This document shows positions 29,170-37,484 of a stretch of DNA of 40,944 nt, piece after piece. Under the pieces are notes generated by a model, which was given only the letters and a program-made list of their open reading frames with translations, was not told where the DNA came from and did no database searches. How positions within the stretch are numbered: the stretch's first letter is position 1; every line of letters begins with the position of its first letter. The stretch lies in sequence record DRR378314_462, one strand, 5' to 3'. A program made the position numbers and the translations under genes.

Positions 29170-30120
29170 TTAGTTGGGAGAGAGCCCCAAAAAGGTGCCA
29201 TCGCTGCGACGGGTTACTTCTCGCATCAAAACGCCAAATCGCCCCGAAGTCCCGGGTGCAACGAAACCAATCGCATGAATGCGCGCTAACGGTTTGCCGG
29301 TAATTTTATTGGTGTTATATCGCTCCAGCCGGTCAATGACGTCGTTGTAGGAAGCACCGGTATAATCATCACCGATGATATAAATGGAAAGACTGATACC
29401 CGGCTTTGCATATTTCTTCAGAGCAACCTCTAGTCCTTCAACCGGACTACTGTTGGAACTACTGCGCCAACTGGAAAACGCCTTAAAGATATTCTGCCGG
29501 CGATTGGCCGTGTCGGGGATCCATTTCCCGCTATAGGCCGAGATTAAATGCACACCATTATCATTGAGGATCTGGAAGCCCTGTACCTTTGGATGGATGG
29601 CCAGAACGTTCTGCATTTCCCGTGTCACCTGCCGCCAGATAGCCTGCATACTGCCCGATGTATCTACAATAAACAGGACATAATCACTATCCACCGGAAT
29701 ACCGCCCACTTCCTCATCCCGCTTTTTAGGGTTGGTCGCCGGCCTGATGGTTGCACGGTTTAAACTCTCTTCGACCAGCTGCAACCCTTCCAAGTCATCT
29801 TCTGCTTTTGCCTCTGCCTGTTTAGCGGATTGTTTTTCCTGTTCAAGTTTTCGCACCGTTGCTTCCAACTGACCGATTTTTCCCTGACTGGAATTCAACT
29901 CTCCATCCATTTGGGATTTACGGGATTCCAGATCATCAATCATGCGTTCTGCTTTGGTGATTTGGGCCAATAAGTCCCTGGCCTGATCCATGGTTCCGTT
30001 AAATTCTCCATCCCCGGTTTTTGAAATCAGGATTAGCAGAACCACAGCCCCGAAACCGCAAGAGATGAGGTCCAGGAAGGAGAGGCTGAATAACTCCAAC
30101 GTCCTATTGCGGCGCCTCAT
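29170..30120 (-). CDS. ExbD/MotB-like TM anchor + coiled coil + vWA domain protein (B subunit 2)
   Basis: N-terminus FSLSFLDLISCGFGAVVLLILI; heptad-rich stalk; MIDAS FIVDTSGSM ... IYIIGDD ... IHAIGF; ATGA overlap with the upstream gene. Confidence 0.85.
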   Translation of the reverse strand: MRRRNRTLELFSLSFLDLISCGFGAVVLLILISKTGDGEFNGTMDQARDLLAQITKAERMIDDLESRKSQMDGELNSSQGKIGQLEATVRKLEQEKQSAKQAEAKAEDDLEGLQLVEESLNRATIRPATNPKKRDEEVGGIPVDSDYVLFIVDTSGSMQAIWRQVTREMQNVLAIHPKVQGFQILNDNGVHLISAYSGKWIPDTANRRQNIFKAFSSWRSSSNSSPVEGLEVALKKYAKPGISLSIYIIGDDYTGASYNDVIDRLERYNTNKITGKPLARIHAIGFVAPGTSGRFGVLMREVTRRSDGTFLGLSPN

Positions 30121-31187
30121 GGCCAACTCTCCGCTGGGCTGATCAGCAAACCCTTCGTTGCGAAGGTCCATCCCCAAAGCGCTGGCGCTGCTTCGGGGTC
30201 CCCTTCCAAGGGTAATAAAACAATATTTACCGGCCGCCCTTTATGAATGCCTTCTTTTTTGACAGTATGCTGAAACAGCTTTAGACGGCATTCCCCTGAA
30301 ATTGTTGAAGATTTTCCAAAGAGCGATGTACATTTTGAAAAGGGATTAATCGATCGATAGTTGGATGTTCCCTTGGTTGGCAAGCCGTCCGTCACCAGAT
30401 AATAATTTGTCGGTTGATCAGAAAAACCATTCACCGTTTCCAGTACCGCTTCCAGGTTTGTCGCCCCGGCGGGAACGACCCGATCTATGCTGTCAAATAC
30501 CAGTTGAACCGAAGCTGCATCAGAACCGGAAAACCAGTCGGAGGGGCCAATTGCAAATGCTTTTTCATTAAATCCGACAAACCTTGCGCGCGACTGTTTG
30601 GGAATGCGATTGGCCAACCATTTGACAATTCGCTGTACCCTCAGCCATTTCGGTCCTTGCTTCTTTTCCGCGTCAGAACTTGTTTTCCGGCTGATAATGT
30701 CGACCAGCATCTCATCCGTCATGGATGCGCTCGCGTCAATCAGAAACATAATCCGGCGTCCTTCAACTTTCAGCCCCAGCAGATATTCCTCTTCGCCGCC
30801 CTGATCAGATTGGACGACATCCGCTTTTTCCAACGGAGGCTTTTTGACGATCCGCTCTTTGACATTTTCAACATCCGCCACCTTATCCTCAGTCCGACTT
30901 TTAAACTCAGCAATAGAGCCCTGCAAATCCTGCTGCTGTCCGGAAAGACTTTGCAGCTTGGCTGTCAGTAGCTGGAGCTTCGCTTCCTGTTCAGTAACCG
31001 AGACTTCCAAGGCATCCACTTTGTCCTGACGCTGCTGAAGCTCCTGTTTCAGGCTATCCACTTCAACCGGCGTGTCTTCAGGTTGCAGTTTCAGCAGGAT
31101 CAAAATCAAAATGGCCGCACCAAGACCACAGGCCATAATGTCCAGGAACGAAAGATTAAACCCTTCTGTATCGTGGCGTTTGCGCAC
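30117..31187 (-). CDS. ExbD/MotB-like TM anchor + coiled coil + vWA domain protein (B subunit 1)
   Basis: N-terminus FNLSFLDIMACGLGAAILILILL; coiled coil; MIDAS FLIDASASM ... TNLE ... YLVTDGLPT. Confidence 0.85.
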   Translation of the reverse strand: MRKRHDTEGFNLSFLDIMACGLGAAILILILLKLQPEDTPVEVDSLKQELQQRQDKVDALEVSVTEQEAKLQLLTAKLQSLSGQQQDLQGSIAEFKSRTEDKVADVENVKERIVKKPPLEKADVVQSDQGGEEEYLLGLKVEGRRIMFLIDASASMTDEMLVDIISRKTSSDAEKKQGPKWLRVQRIVKWLANRIPKQSRARFVGFNEKAFAIGPSDWFSGSDAASVQLVFDSIDRVVPAGATNLEAVLETVNGFSDQPTNYYLVTDGLPTKGTSNYRSINPFSKCTSLFGKSSTISGECRLKLFQHTVKKEGIHKGRPVNIVLLPLEGDPEAAPALWGWTFATKGLLISPAESWP

Positions 31188-31197
31188 AGATGGCTTC

Positions 31198-31971
31198 CTA
31201 TTTACTGACGCGGTTCAAAAGGAATTTTTCGCAATATTCCTGGGTTCGGATCAACTGACCGTCCTGAAACCGCTGCAAGCCATGCAACAACAGCATTAGC
31301 GGAATTGAAAGACAAAGCGCCACCAGGGTTGAATTAAACGCAACACCAAGGCTATCTGTCATAAGGGTAATATCACCCGCCAGTGCTTCATCCGCCTGGG
31401 TTAATGCGGCACCGATGCCGCGAACTGTTCCAATAAAACCAAATGATGGAATGGCCCATATCACAAAACGGATCATGGTGTTGCCCGCATCCTGACGCAA
31501 GGCCAAGGCATCAACACTTAATGAAATCGCCTCCGACGTGCTATGAACATCATCGGTCATCAAATAGCGGCGAATACTGGCAAGCAATGTCTGCACCACT
31601 GGTGTGGTCGTAATTTTTTCCGGCAGTTGATCAATTTCCTGCATCGTTTTTCGCAATGTCTGTTTTTCATCTTCGCCCTCACCGGCCTCCAACATCGCAC
31701 CCAGAAAATCGATCCCATAAAGATGGTTATCGTTAAAAATTCCCCAATATCGGGCAAGGAGGAGACAAAGACACCAAAGGGCCAGCGTCACACAGATTTG
31801 CTGTTCCCAATCCTTAACAATTACAGTCAGTACCTGCGGTGCAGCCTCCCCTGCCTGGCGTGCAAGCGCGACCAGGCGTTCGGCCTCCGGGATGATGGCA
31901 ATCCAATAGATGAACCAGACACCCAAGGCACAGATCAGAAGCAACCCAGTGGCAAGAACAAAATTTTTCAT
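31198..31971 (-). CDS. MotA/TolQ/ExbB proton/ion channel family protein
   Basis: IWAIPSFGFIGTVRGIG and LGVAFNSTLVAL..S TM pair, plus two N-terminal TM segments. Confidence 0.9.
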   Translation of the reverse strand: MKNFVLATGLLLICALGVWFIYWIAIIPEAERLVALARQAGEAAPQVLTVIVKDWEQQICVTLALWCLCLLLARYWGIFNDNHLYGIDFLGAMLEAGEGEDEKQTLRKTMQEIDQLPEKITTTPVVQTLLASIRRYLMTDDVHSTSEAISLSVDALALRQDAGNTMIRFVIWAIPSFGFIGTVRGIGAALTQADEALAGDITLMTDSLGVAFNSTLVALCLSIPLMLLLHGLQRFQDGQLIRTQEYCEKFLLNRVSK

Positions 31972-32115
31972 TTAAATATCCACCGGAAAAGAGACAGGAG
32001 AGTTAAGCGTAATCGCAGATTTTCCACTTTGCGCATAGGCATATTGAAACAGAAAAACGGCCCCCAGGATTGCCAAACCCACAATCACATATTTTTGTCG
32101 CTTAATTTGTTTCAT
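31972..32115 (-). CDS. 47-aa signal-peptide microprotein ending FPVDI (not in ORF track)
   Basis: MKQIKRQKYVIVGLAILGAVFLFQYAYA|QSGKSAITLNSPVSFPVDI*. GAGGA SD, ATGA overlap with the upstream stop, and its TAA abuts the next ATG, so it fills the gap exactly. Confidence 0.85.
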   Translation of the reverse strand: MKQIKRQKYVIVGLAILGAVFLFQYAYAQSGKSAITLNSPVSFPVDI

Positions 32116-34118
32116 TGGACATCCTCATATAAATAACGGGCGATCCTAAAGCCGATTTTGTCGCTTCCTTCAGAAGCAGATGCCCGATAAGCCGGGCGCA
32201 GCTCTGTTAATGTTCCAGACGCCCAGTTAGATCCCTTTGTCATATGTTTCTGGCCGGTCTGATCACCAAGCGGGTCTTTAAAGGTTTGTGTCTTGAGCGG
32301 TGGCACGAGGGTATAATAATCATGAACCCATTCGGACACATTCCCAAATAGATCATACAAACCGGCTTGGTCCTTTTGAAAACTCTTTACTGGTGCCACC
32401 CCGGCATAACCGTCCACATATCCCGGAACATAAAACTTGGTTTTGCCGTTCGCTGCCTCGTCTGCGATATTGCCAGCGCCCTTTGGAATAACCGCTTCAT
32501 CGCCCCATGGGAAAATTGTCTGCTGTTTCCGTTTCGCCTTGCGCGCAAGCCATTCCCACTCCGCTTCACTTGGCAAGCGGTAACCTGTTGACGCTGGGTC
32601 GAAGCCTGCATATCTGGCTCCGTTAAACCGATAAAAAGGTGGCAGCTCCTCGCGCTCGCTTAACCAGTTGCAATATTGGGCAGCCTCACTCCAGTCGATG
32701 TTTGTCACTGGAAAATCTGGTCCTGCTTTATTAATGCGGCGAAATTGACTGAACTGCTTCTCTGTCACTTCGGTTTGGGCAATATAAAAATGGCGTTTCA
32801 ACGTAATCTGGCGCAGAAATTCGTTAGCCCTTTGTCCCTTTTCATGACGGGGCGCACCCATCAATATATCTGTCGGCTTAAACAAGATCATGTTCATGTT
32901 AGCCAGATTTTTGTAAGTCGGCTTGGCGGACGCCAATGTTGCTTCTTCGTTGGTCTTTAGTGTTACTGAAATCGTCGTCACCCGCGCTGGCGTCGGGCGG
33001 AATACCTTTTTCACCGTTTCATAGCCTTGCTTTTGCAAGGTGATTTCGTGGGAAATTGCAGGGAGCCGCAAGGTGGCGGGTGTCGTGCCATGCGGCTGGC
33101 CATTTATCATCAACGTGGCCGGGGGATCCGCCTGAATTCGAACTTCACCTATTCGAAGTTTCAGATCAAAGGCGACTTTCTTGCGCTCATCTGCCCGCAA
33201 GGTGACTTCCTGTTCCTGATATCCATATCCATCTTTTTCGTATCGAACATAATATTTCTGATTTGGCGCCAACTGGATATCCGACCCGGCCCGAACCGAT
33301 TTGCCGTTCACAGTCAACCTGCCCCCAGACGGATCAACCGATGCTGTAACAAAAGCCGGTTTTTGCTGCAGTCGATAATGACGATCCACCTGACTGTTCG
33401 AAAAGGTGATATCAATCTGATCAACTATAGGTGCAAATCCCTGCTTGGTAATCTTCACATCGTATAAACCTGCAGGCACTTCGAATTCTGCAGGTATAGT
33501 CTGCACAATTTCCCCGTTAAACATCACGGTTGCATCCGGTGGTGTCACATTAAGGGTCAAAGACCCCATTGCGGGTTTAAGCTCAAACGATTGTGTGAGC
33601 GTTTCACCGCGAGCTAGCTCAAGCTCTGTTTCCAACGGTTGAAAATACGGATGCTCGATCCTGAGATCAAAACGCCCTGCATCCAAGGTTGCTTCAAAAT
33701 TCTGTACCGGTGGGTACATCTGATCATTTAAATACCACGTCACAGGTTCGGTCAGGTTTGCGACATTCAGGTCAAGTTTGCCTGGCAATGGAACCATCTG
33801 TAAATTTAGGGTCTTTCCTTCTTCTTCAGGGTCGATAATTCGCGGCAGCTCTTCAAAACCGGGGGACTTGGCAGTAATCTTTGGATAACGCGAGAGCGAA
33901 AAAAGGCTTCCCTGCACATAAAATCCAATTCCGTCATCCACCTGAATTTCGGCAGCCTGAGCTGCGTCCAAAGGCGCAATCCGAACAGATGTCACTTTCA
34001 TCAGAAATAGAAAAACAGCGGACGCGAGCACAGCACCTAAAAGGATTACGCCTAAGCCCAGCAGAACAACCTGCTGCCGCCTGGCGGCTTTTTCAATTTG
34101 ATGTTTAAATTCGCTCAT
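32112..34118 (-). CDS. Membrane-anchored PEGA-repeat + FGE-sulfatase (SUMF1/PvdO-like) domain protein
   Basis: N-terminal TM; PEGA-type repeats (G.L.LNVTPPDATV..NG, G.YDVKITKQGF, ADPPATLMING...GTTP); FGE motifs TEVT, PV.NI.W.EA..YCNWLS, YRLPSEAEWE, GLYDL.GNV.EW, IGFR. Confidence 0.9.
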   Translation of the reverse strand: MSEFKHQIEKAARRQQVVLLGLGVILLGAVLASAVFLFLMKVTSVRIAPLDAAQAAEIQVDDGIGFYVQGSLFSLSRYPKITAKSPGFEELPRIIDPEEEGKTLNLQMVPLPGKLDLNVANLTEPVTWYLNDQMYPPVQNFEATLDAGRFDLRIEHPYFQPLETELELARGETLTQSFELKPAMGSLTLNVTPPDATVMFNGEIVQTIPAEFEVPAGLYDVKITKQGFAPIVDQIDITFSNSQVDRHYRLQQKPAFVTASVDPSGGRLTVNGKSVRAGSDIQLAPNQKYYVRYEKDGYGYQEQEVTLRADERKKVAFDLKLRIGEVRIQADPPATLMINGQPHGTTPATLRLPAISHEITLQKQGYETVKKVFRPTPARVTTISVTLKTNEEATLASAKPTYKNLANMNMILFKPTDILMGAPRHEKGQRANEFLRQITLKRHFYIAQTEVTEKQFSQFRRINKAGPDFPVTNIDWSEAAQYCNWLSEREELPPFYRFNGARYAGFDPASTGYRLPSEAEWEWLARKAKRKQQTIFPWGDEAVIPKGAGNIADEAANGKTKFYVPGYVDGYAGVAPVKSFQKDQAGLYDLFGNVSEWVHDYYTLVPPLKTQTFKDPLGDQTGQKHMTKGSNWASGTLTELRPAYRASASEGSDKIGFRIARYLYEDVQ

Positions 34119-35604
34119 TACTGATTACCGTTACCTCAATCTGTCGATCCTCCGGCTTTATTGTGACCGAAACCGATTTCGTTCTAAAGCCTTCCCGCCG
34201 CCCTTCAAACATATACTCTCCCGGTTTCAGTTTGATCTTGTAGCGTTCAACCACACCGACTTTTCCAATCCCCCGTACACTGACATTTGTCAATTGATCG
34301 GAGATCACCCAGACTTCGACTTCAATATTTCGGCGTTCGATTTCAGTCTCAAGTTTGTTTTCAAGCTTGGCAAGGCCGGGGCTTAACGCTGAATAAAGAG
34401 CGGCAGCCTCCAGCGTCCGGTCCGCCTGTTTGCGAACTGTTTCTGCTGACAGTCGCTGGGGTGCCCCCAGAAATTTCTGAATTTGTGCCGTCGCCTGCAA
34501 TATTTTTTCTGACAGATTTATCGTTTCAACGATTTCTCCATTATTCGGTCGCAGGGCATTTGCATTTTGATATTGTCTCAACGCTTCATCCCAATCATCT
34601 GCTTGGATAGCAGCCTCACCACCTGCTACGAACTGCCGAAAGCTCAACTCTTCTTTCAACTGATTAACCAGCCGCAACAGATTTTCAGTTTCCTCCCGAT
34701 TTGGAAATATCTGCCTGGCCTTTGAATATGCTGATTGCAGCTTTTGAAGATTTTCTTCACGGCTTGCCGCCAGTCCTGCTGCCACATGTCGATCATAAGC
34801 CTGTTCTGTCAGCAGGGACTCTATGTCTTTAATTCGTTGCTCATATGTTATCCGATCCGGATCCAATTCAACAACCTGTTTGGAGAGCGCCAGTTCCTTT
34901 TCCAAATTATTTTCGGTCGCCGCCACACGGGCTTGATCGATCAGGCCCAAAAGCATCGGTAATTTTTCAATACGCGACAGTAAATTCAAAGCCTGTTCAT
35001 CTACTGGCTTCAATTCTAAGGCACGATTAATCTGAAATAAGGCTTCGGCATGATCATCAGCCTGAAAAGCCAGGCGCGCATTGATCAGCGCCTCTTCAAA
35101 AGTTGCTTCATACTGTGCGGTGGCTGTACTTGCTGCCGAGATCAACTTATTGGCTTCTTCAAATGCCGGTTCCAATTGGCCATTGGCAAGCTGTTGAATG
35201 ATTTGATCCTTCAGGGACAGCAAGTCTTTTTGTATCTGACTATCCCATCCTCCAAACCCTTCGGATTTTACTGTTTCCTCATACGTCATTTCATAGCGGT
35301 TCAGAACGTCTATTATCTCTTGGCGGCTGCGATCTTGGGATATTTGCGGAGTAGAAGGTATCGGCGGGGTTGAGGGCTCCAATTGAGGATCAGTTTTCTC
35401 AACAGTGTATGGCTGTCTTTCCGGTTGCAGCTCCGACGGCACCTCCATGACAGGATCCGCCGTCTGTACAGCAGACTGATGATCGAGCTGGGTGACCAGA
35501 TAAATAACGGCCGCTCCCAACAGCAATATCAACACGGCCAAAACCGTTATCATTAACTGATTTCGGGATTTCCGGGTCGCTTCTTCCAGCTTCTGTTCCA
35601 ACAT
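34105..35604 (-). CDS. Membrane-anchored Pro-rich linker + TPR/helical repeats + C-terminal PEGA-like beta domain protein
   Basis: N-terminal TM; PSTPPIPSTP linker; TPR-like ALELKP, VELDP, NALRP turns; C-terminal LKPGEY.FEG.REGFR. Confidence 0.75.
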   Translation of the reverse strand: MLEQKLEEATRKSRNQLMITVLAVLILLLGAAVIYLVTQLDHQSAVQTADPVMEVPSELQPERQPYTVEKTDPQLEPSTPPIPSTPQISQDRSRQEIIDVLNRYEMTYEETVKSEGFGGWDSQIQKDLLSLKDQIIQQLANGQLEPAFEEANKLISAASTATAQYEATFEEALINARLAFQADDHAEALFQINRALELKPVDEQALNLLSRIEKLPMLLGLIDQARVAATENNLEKELALSKQVVELDPDRITYEQRIKDIESLLTEQAYDRHVAAGLAASREENLQKLQSAYSKARQIFPNREETENLLRLVNQLKEELSFRQFVAGGEAAIQADDWDEALRQYQNANALRPNNGEIVETINLSEKILQATAQIQKFLGAPQRLSAETVRKQADRTLEAAALYSALSPGLAKLENKLETEIERRNIEVEVWVISDQLTNVSVRGIGKVGVVERYKIKLKPGEYMFEGRREGFRTKSVSVTIKPEDRQIEVTVISNERI

Positions 35605-35612
35605 GGCGCTTG

Positions 35613-36836
35613 TTACAGTTGTTTTTCAGGTGTCTTTTCCTGCTCATAAATTTCTTTCAGGAAACTCCGCCACTCTGAAAACTGCTTTTCTGCCGTTCCG
35701 GTCAATTCTTTGGTTTCTCCTTCAAACTCAACGACTTGAGGTGCCAATTCTGCATCTACGGATTCGCCTAGCTCATCCAATGTATCAGCATGGAATTTGG
35801 TTTCATTGCTGGTTTTAAAGGCTTCGGAGAAAAGAACAGCTGATCCCACGCCAGCAACCGCTGCGCCAGCCATTGCCCCAGTTGAGCGGCCATAACTGCC
35901 ACTATTCCCACTGGCAACAGCCAGCCCAACACCTAAAATCGCCAGCAAAACACCGCCAACCACCTGGGCCGTCTGTTTCTCTTCCGCTTCTTTTAAAGCA
36001 ATTTCAGCTTCCTGGCTTTGCTTTTGCCAAACGACATAACTGGATGACAGATTAGCGTTAAAGGCTTCATAATGTTGCTGCAGATTATCCACGTAAAGCT
36101 GGTCTCTAATTCGGATCGCCCGAATTCGACGCAGCATTGGATCTTCTTCACTTGGCAGGCTCACCAACTCTATTTTACCATCTTGTTCTCGGATATGCTC
36201 TGCAAAGGCCTGCTCTGAAAAGTTACTGCCAAACCGCATTTCAGTAACTGATTTCAGTAAGGCCAGCTCGGTCGCATCCGCAAGCTCCAACCGCTTCACA
36301 AGGTCATCAGCAGCCTGTTCAAAAAGCGGATCATAAGGATCCTTGCCTTTGTTTCGAATGTTTTGATGAAAACGCTCCGACACTTCATGTTCATACTCTT
36401 CCTCGTACCAGGGAGCGCCGGATATATCTAAAACGTTGAGAGACATACCCACTTCCAAACCAGTGGATTTATCAATGGTTCCAAGGATATAAAGATCGCC
36501 TGTCGCTTCTGAATTGGGCGTAACACGTACAGCCCCAAACTTTCCAGTCGCCTCCAGCTTATCTTTTAAATTCAAAGCGAAACGGACGGCTTCGGCCTTG
36601 CGAAGTTCCGGCCAAATTCGCTCTTCTTGCAGAACATCATCATCTTCTGGGATGTTGGGATCAAATTCAGGGATGATAATATCCAACTTCGGGCGATCCG
36701 CTTCAGGCGTCACTTTTGCAGCTGCCATCACGTCACTGGAAACACGAGGCCCCACCCGGGTGGACATACCCGGTGTCACGCAACTGGTTAAGAGAAAACA
36801 GCTACACACCAACCAGCCCAAAAGATTTTTGACCAT
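35613..36836 (-). CDS. Lipoprotein with coiled coil and glycine-zipper hydrophobic hairpin
   Basis: Lipobox LTS|C; VVGGVLLAILGVGLAVA...GAMAGAAVAGVGSAVLF; GGAGAG SD before ATG 36836. Confidence 0.75.
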   Translation of the reverse strand: MVKNLLGWLVCSCFLLTSCVTPGMSTRVGPRVSSDVMAAAKVTPEADRPKLDIIIPEFDPNIPEDDDVLQEERIWPELRKAEAVRFALNLKDKLEATGKFGAVRVTPNSEATGDLYILGTIDKSTGLEVGMSLNVLDISGAPWYEEEYEHEVSERFHQNIRNKGKDPYDPLFEQAADDLVKRLELADATELALLKSVTEMRFGSNFSEQAFAEHIREQDGKIELVSLPSEEDPMLRRIRAIRIRDQLYVDNLQQHYEAFNANLSSSYVVWQKQSQEAEIALKEAEEKQTAQVVGGVLLAILGVGLAVASGNSGSYGRSTGAMAGAAVAGVGSAVLFSEAFKTSNETKFHADTLDELGESVDAELAPQVVEFEGETKELTGTAEKQFSEWRSFLKEIYEQEKTPEKQL

Positions 36837-36861
36837 ACTCACTCTCCACATGTCCGCCCGT

Positions 36862-37458
36862 TTAAATCTGAGGCAATCCCTTTAACTTGCGATATTCATT
36901 CCACAACTTCGCCCGCTTTTCAGGGTTCGGTTCATTTTCGGCAGCTTCGCGAACCCGTTGCTGCAGTATACTATCATTATCTGTCGCAGGTATATCTTCA
37001 GGTGCTTTCCCATTGTTTAAAGTTTGCTGTTGCCGTGCAGTGGATTGCTGATCGCTCTCTCTTGGGTCAATAGGATTACTGGCAGTTGCATCAGTTTCAG
37101 CTTTTGCCTCGGCCTGTTCTGTTCCCTCTATTCCTGTTGATGCCGTTGAAGCTGCAGAAGCACCCGCCGCGCCGCTGCCTGATCCACTGCCATCAGAACC
37201 TGAAGATCCGTTGCTATTTTGACTGGCAGAGGATTGCTGCAAGCAGTTTTCATATTTATTCAACGACTCAAATAGCGCGCTATCCATTCGCTCTGTGATT
37301 TCCTGCTGCGTCAGCCCCTCTCCTCCTCGATACTCAACGGCATTCTCAGAGCAGTCATTATTTTCATTAGATTGCCCATGGGCAACCGGCGCAAGCCAAA
37401 TGCAGCATGCGAAGACAAGAGACAACGGCACGTTCAGGAACTGTTTCATAACCCGCAT
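36862..37458 (-). CDS. Exported hypothetical protein with Ser/Gly/Ala low-complexity linker and helical C-terminal motif
   Basis: Signal peptide ...PVAHG|Q; two Cys in the mature N-domain; C-terminus DNDSILQQRVREAAENEPNPEKRAKLWNEYRKLKG. Start could be 37470, 37458 or 37449. Confidence 0.7.
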   Translation of the reverse strand: MRVMKQFLNVPLSLVFACCIWLAPVAHGQSNENNDCSENAVEYRGGEGLTQQEITERMDSALFESLNKYENCLQQSSASQNSNGSSGSDGSGSGSGAAGASAASTASTGIEGTEQAEAKAETDATASNPIDPRESDQQSTARQQQTLNNGKAPEDIPATDNDSILQQRVREAAENEPNPEKRAKLWNEYRKLKGLPQI

Positions 37459-37484
37459 AAACACCATCACAAAAGCAGCCTTAT

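Noticed and set aside
30022-31187. Lipoprotein signals in the two vWA proteins (IMAC, LISC)
   Set aside because: Acidic residues precede the Cys and the hydrophobic stretch follows it, the reverse of a lipoprotein signal peptide.
29170-31971. Zorya anti-phage system (ZorAB)
   Set aside because: The A subunit has no long cytoplasmic tail, the B subunits have vWA rather than OmpA-like domains, and there are no ZorC/D/E helicase or nuclease genes.
32112-32900. Diversity-generating retroelement target (FGE-type C-lectin fold) or active sulfatase-modifying enzyme
   Set aside because: No reverse transcriptase or template repeat seen; catalytic cysteines absent; no sulfatase nearby.
29170-37470. 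Canonical Tol-Pal, TonB-ExbBD, flagellar stator or MoxR/Bat operon
   Set aside because: No TolB, Pal, TonB C-domain, TonB-dependent receptor, flagellar genes or MoxR AAA ATPase in the window.
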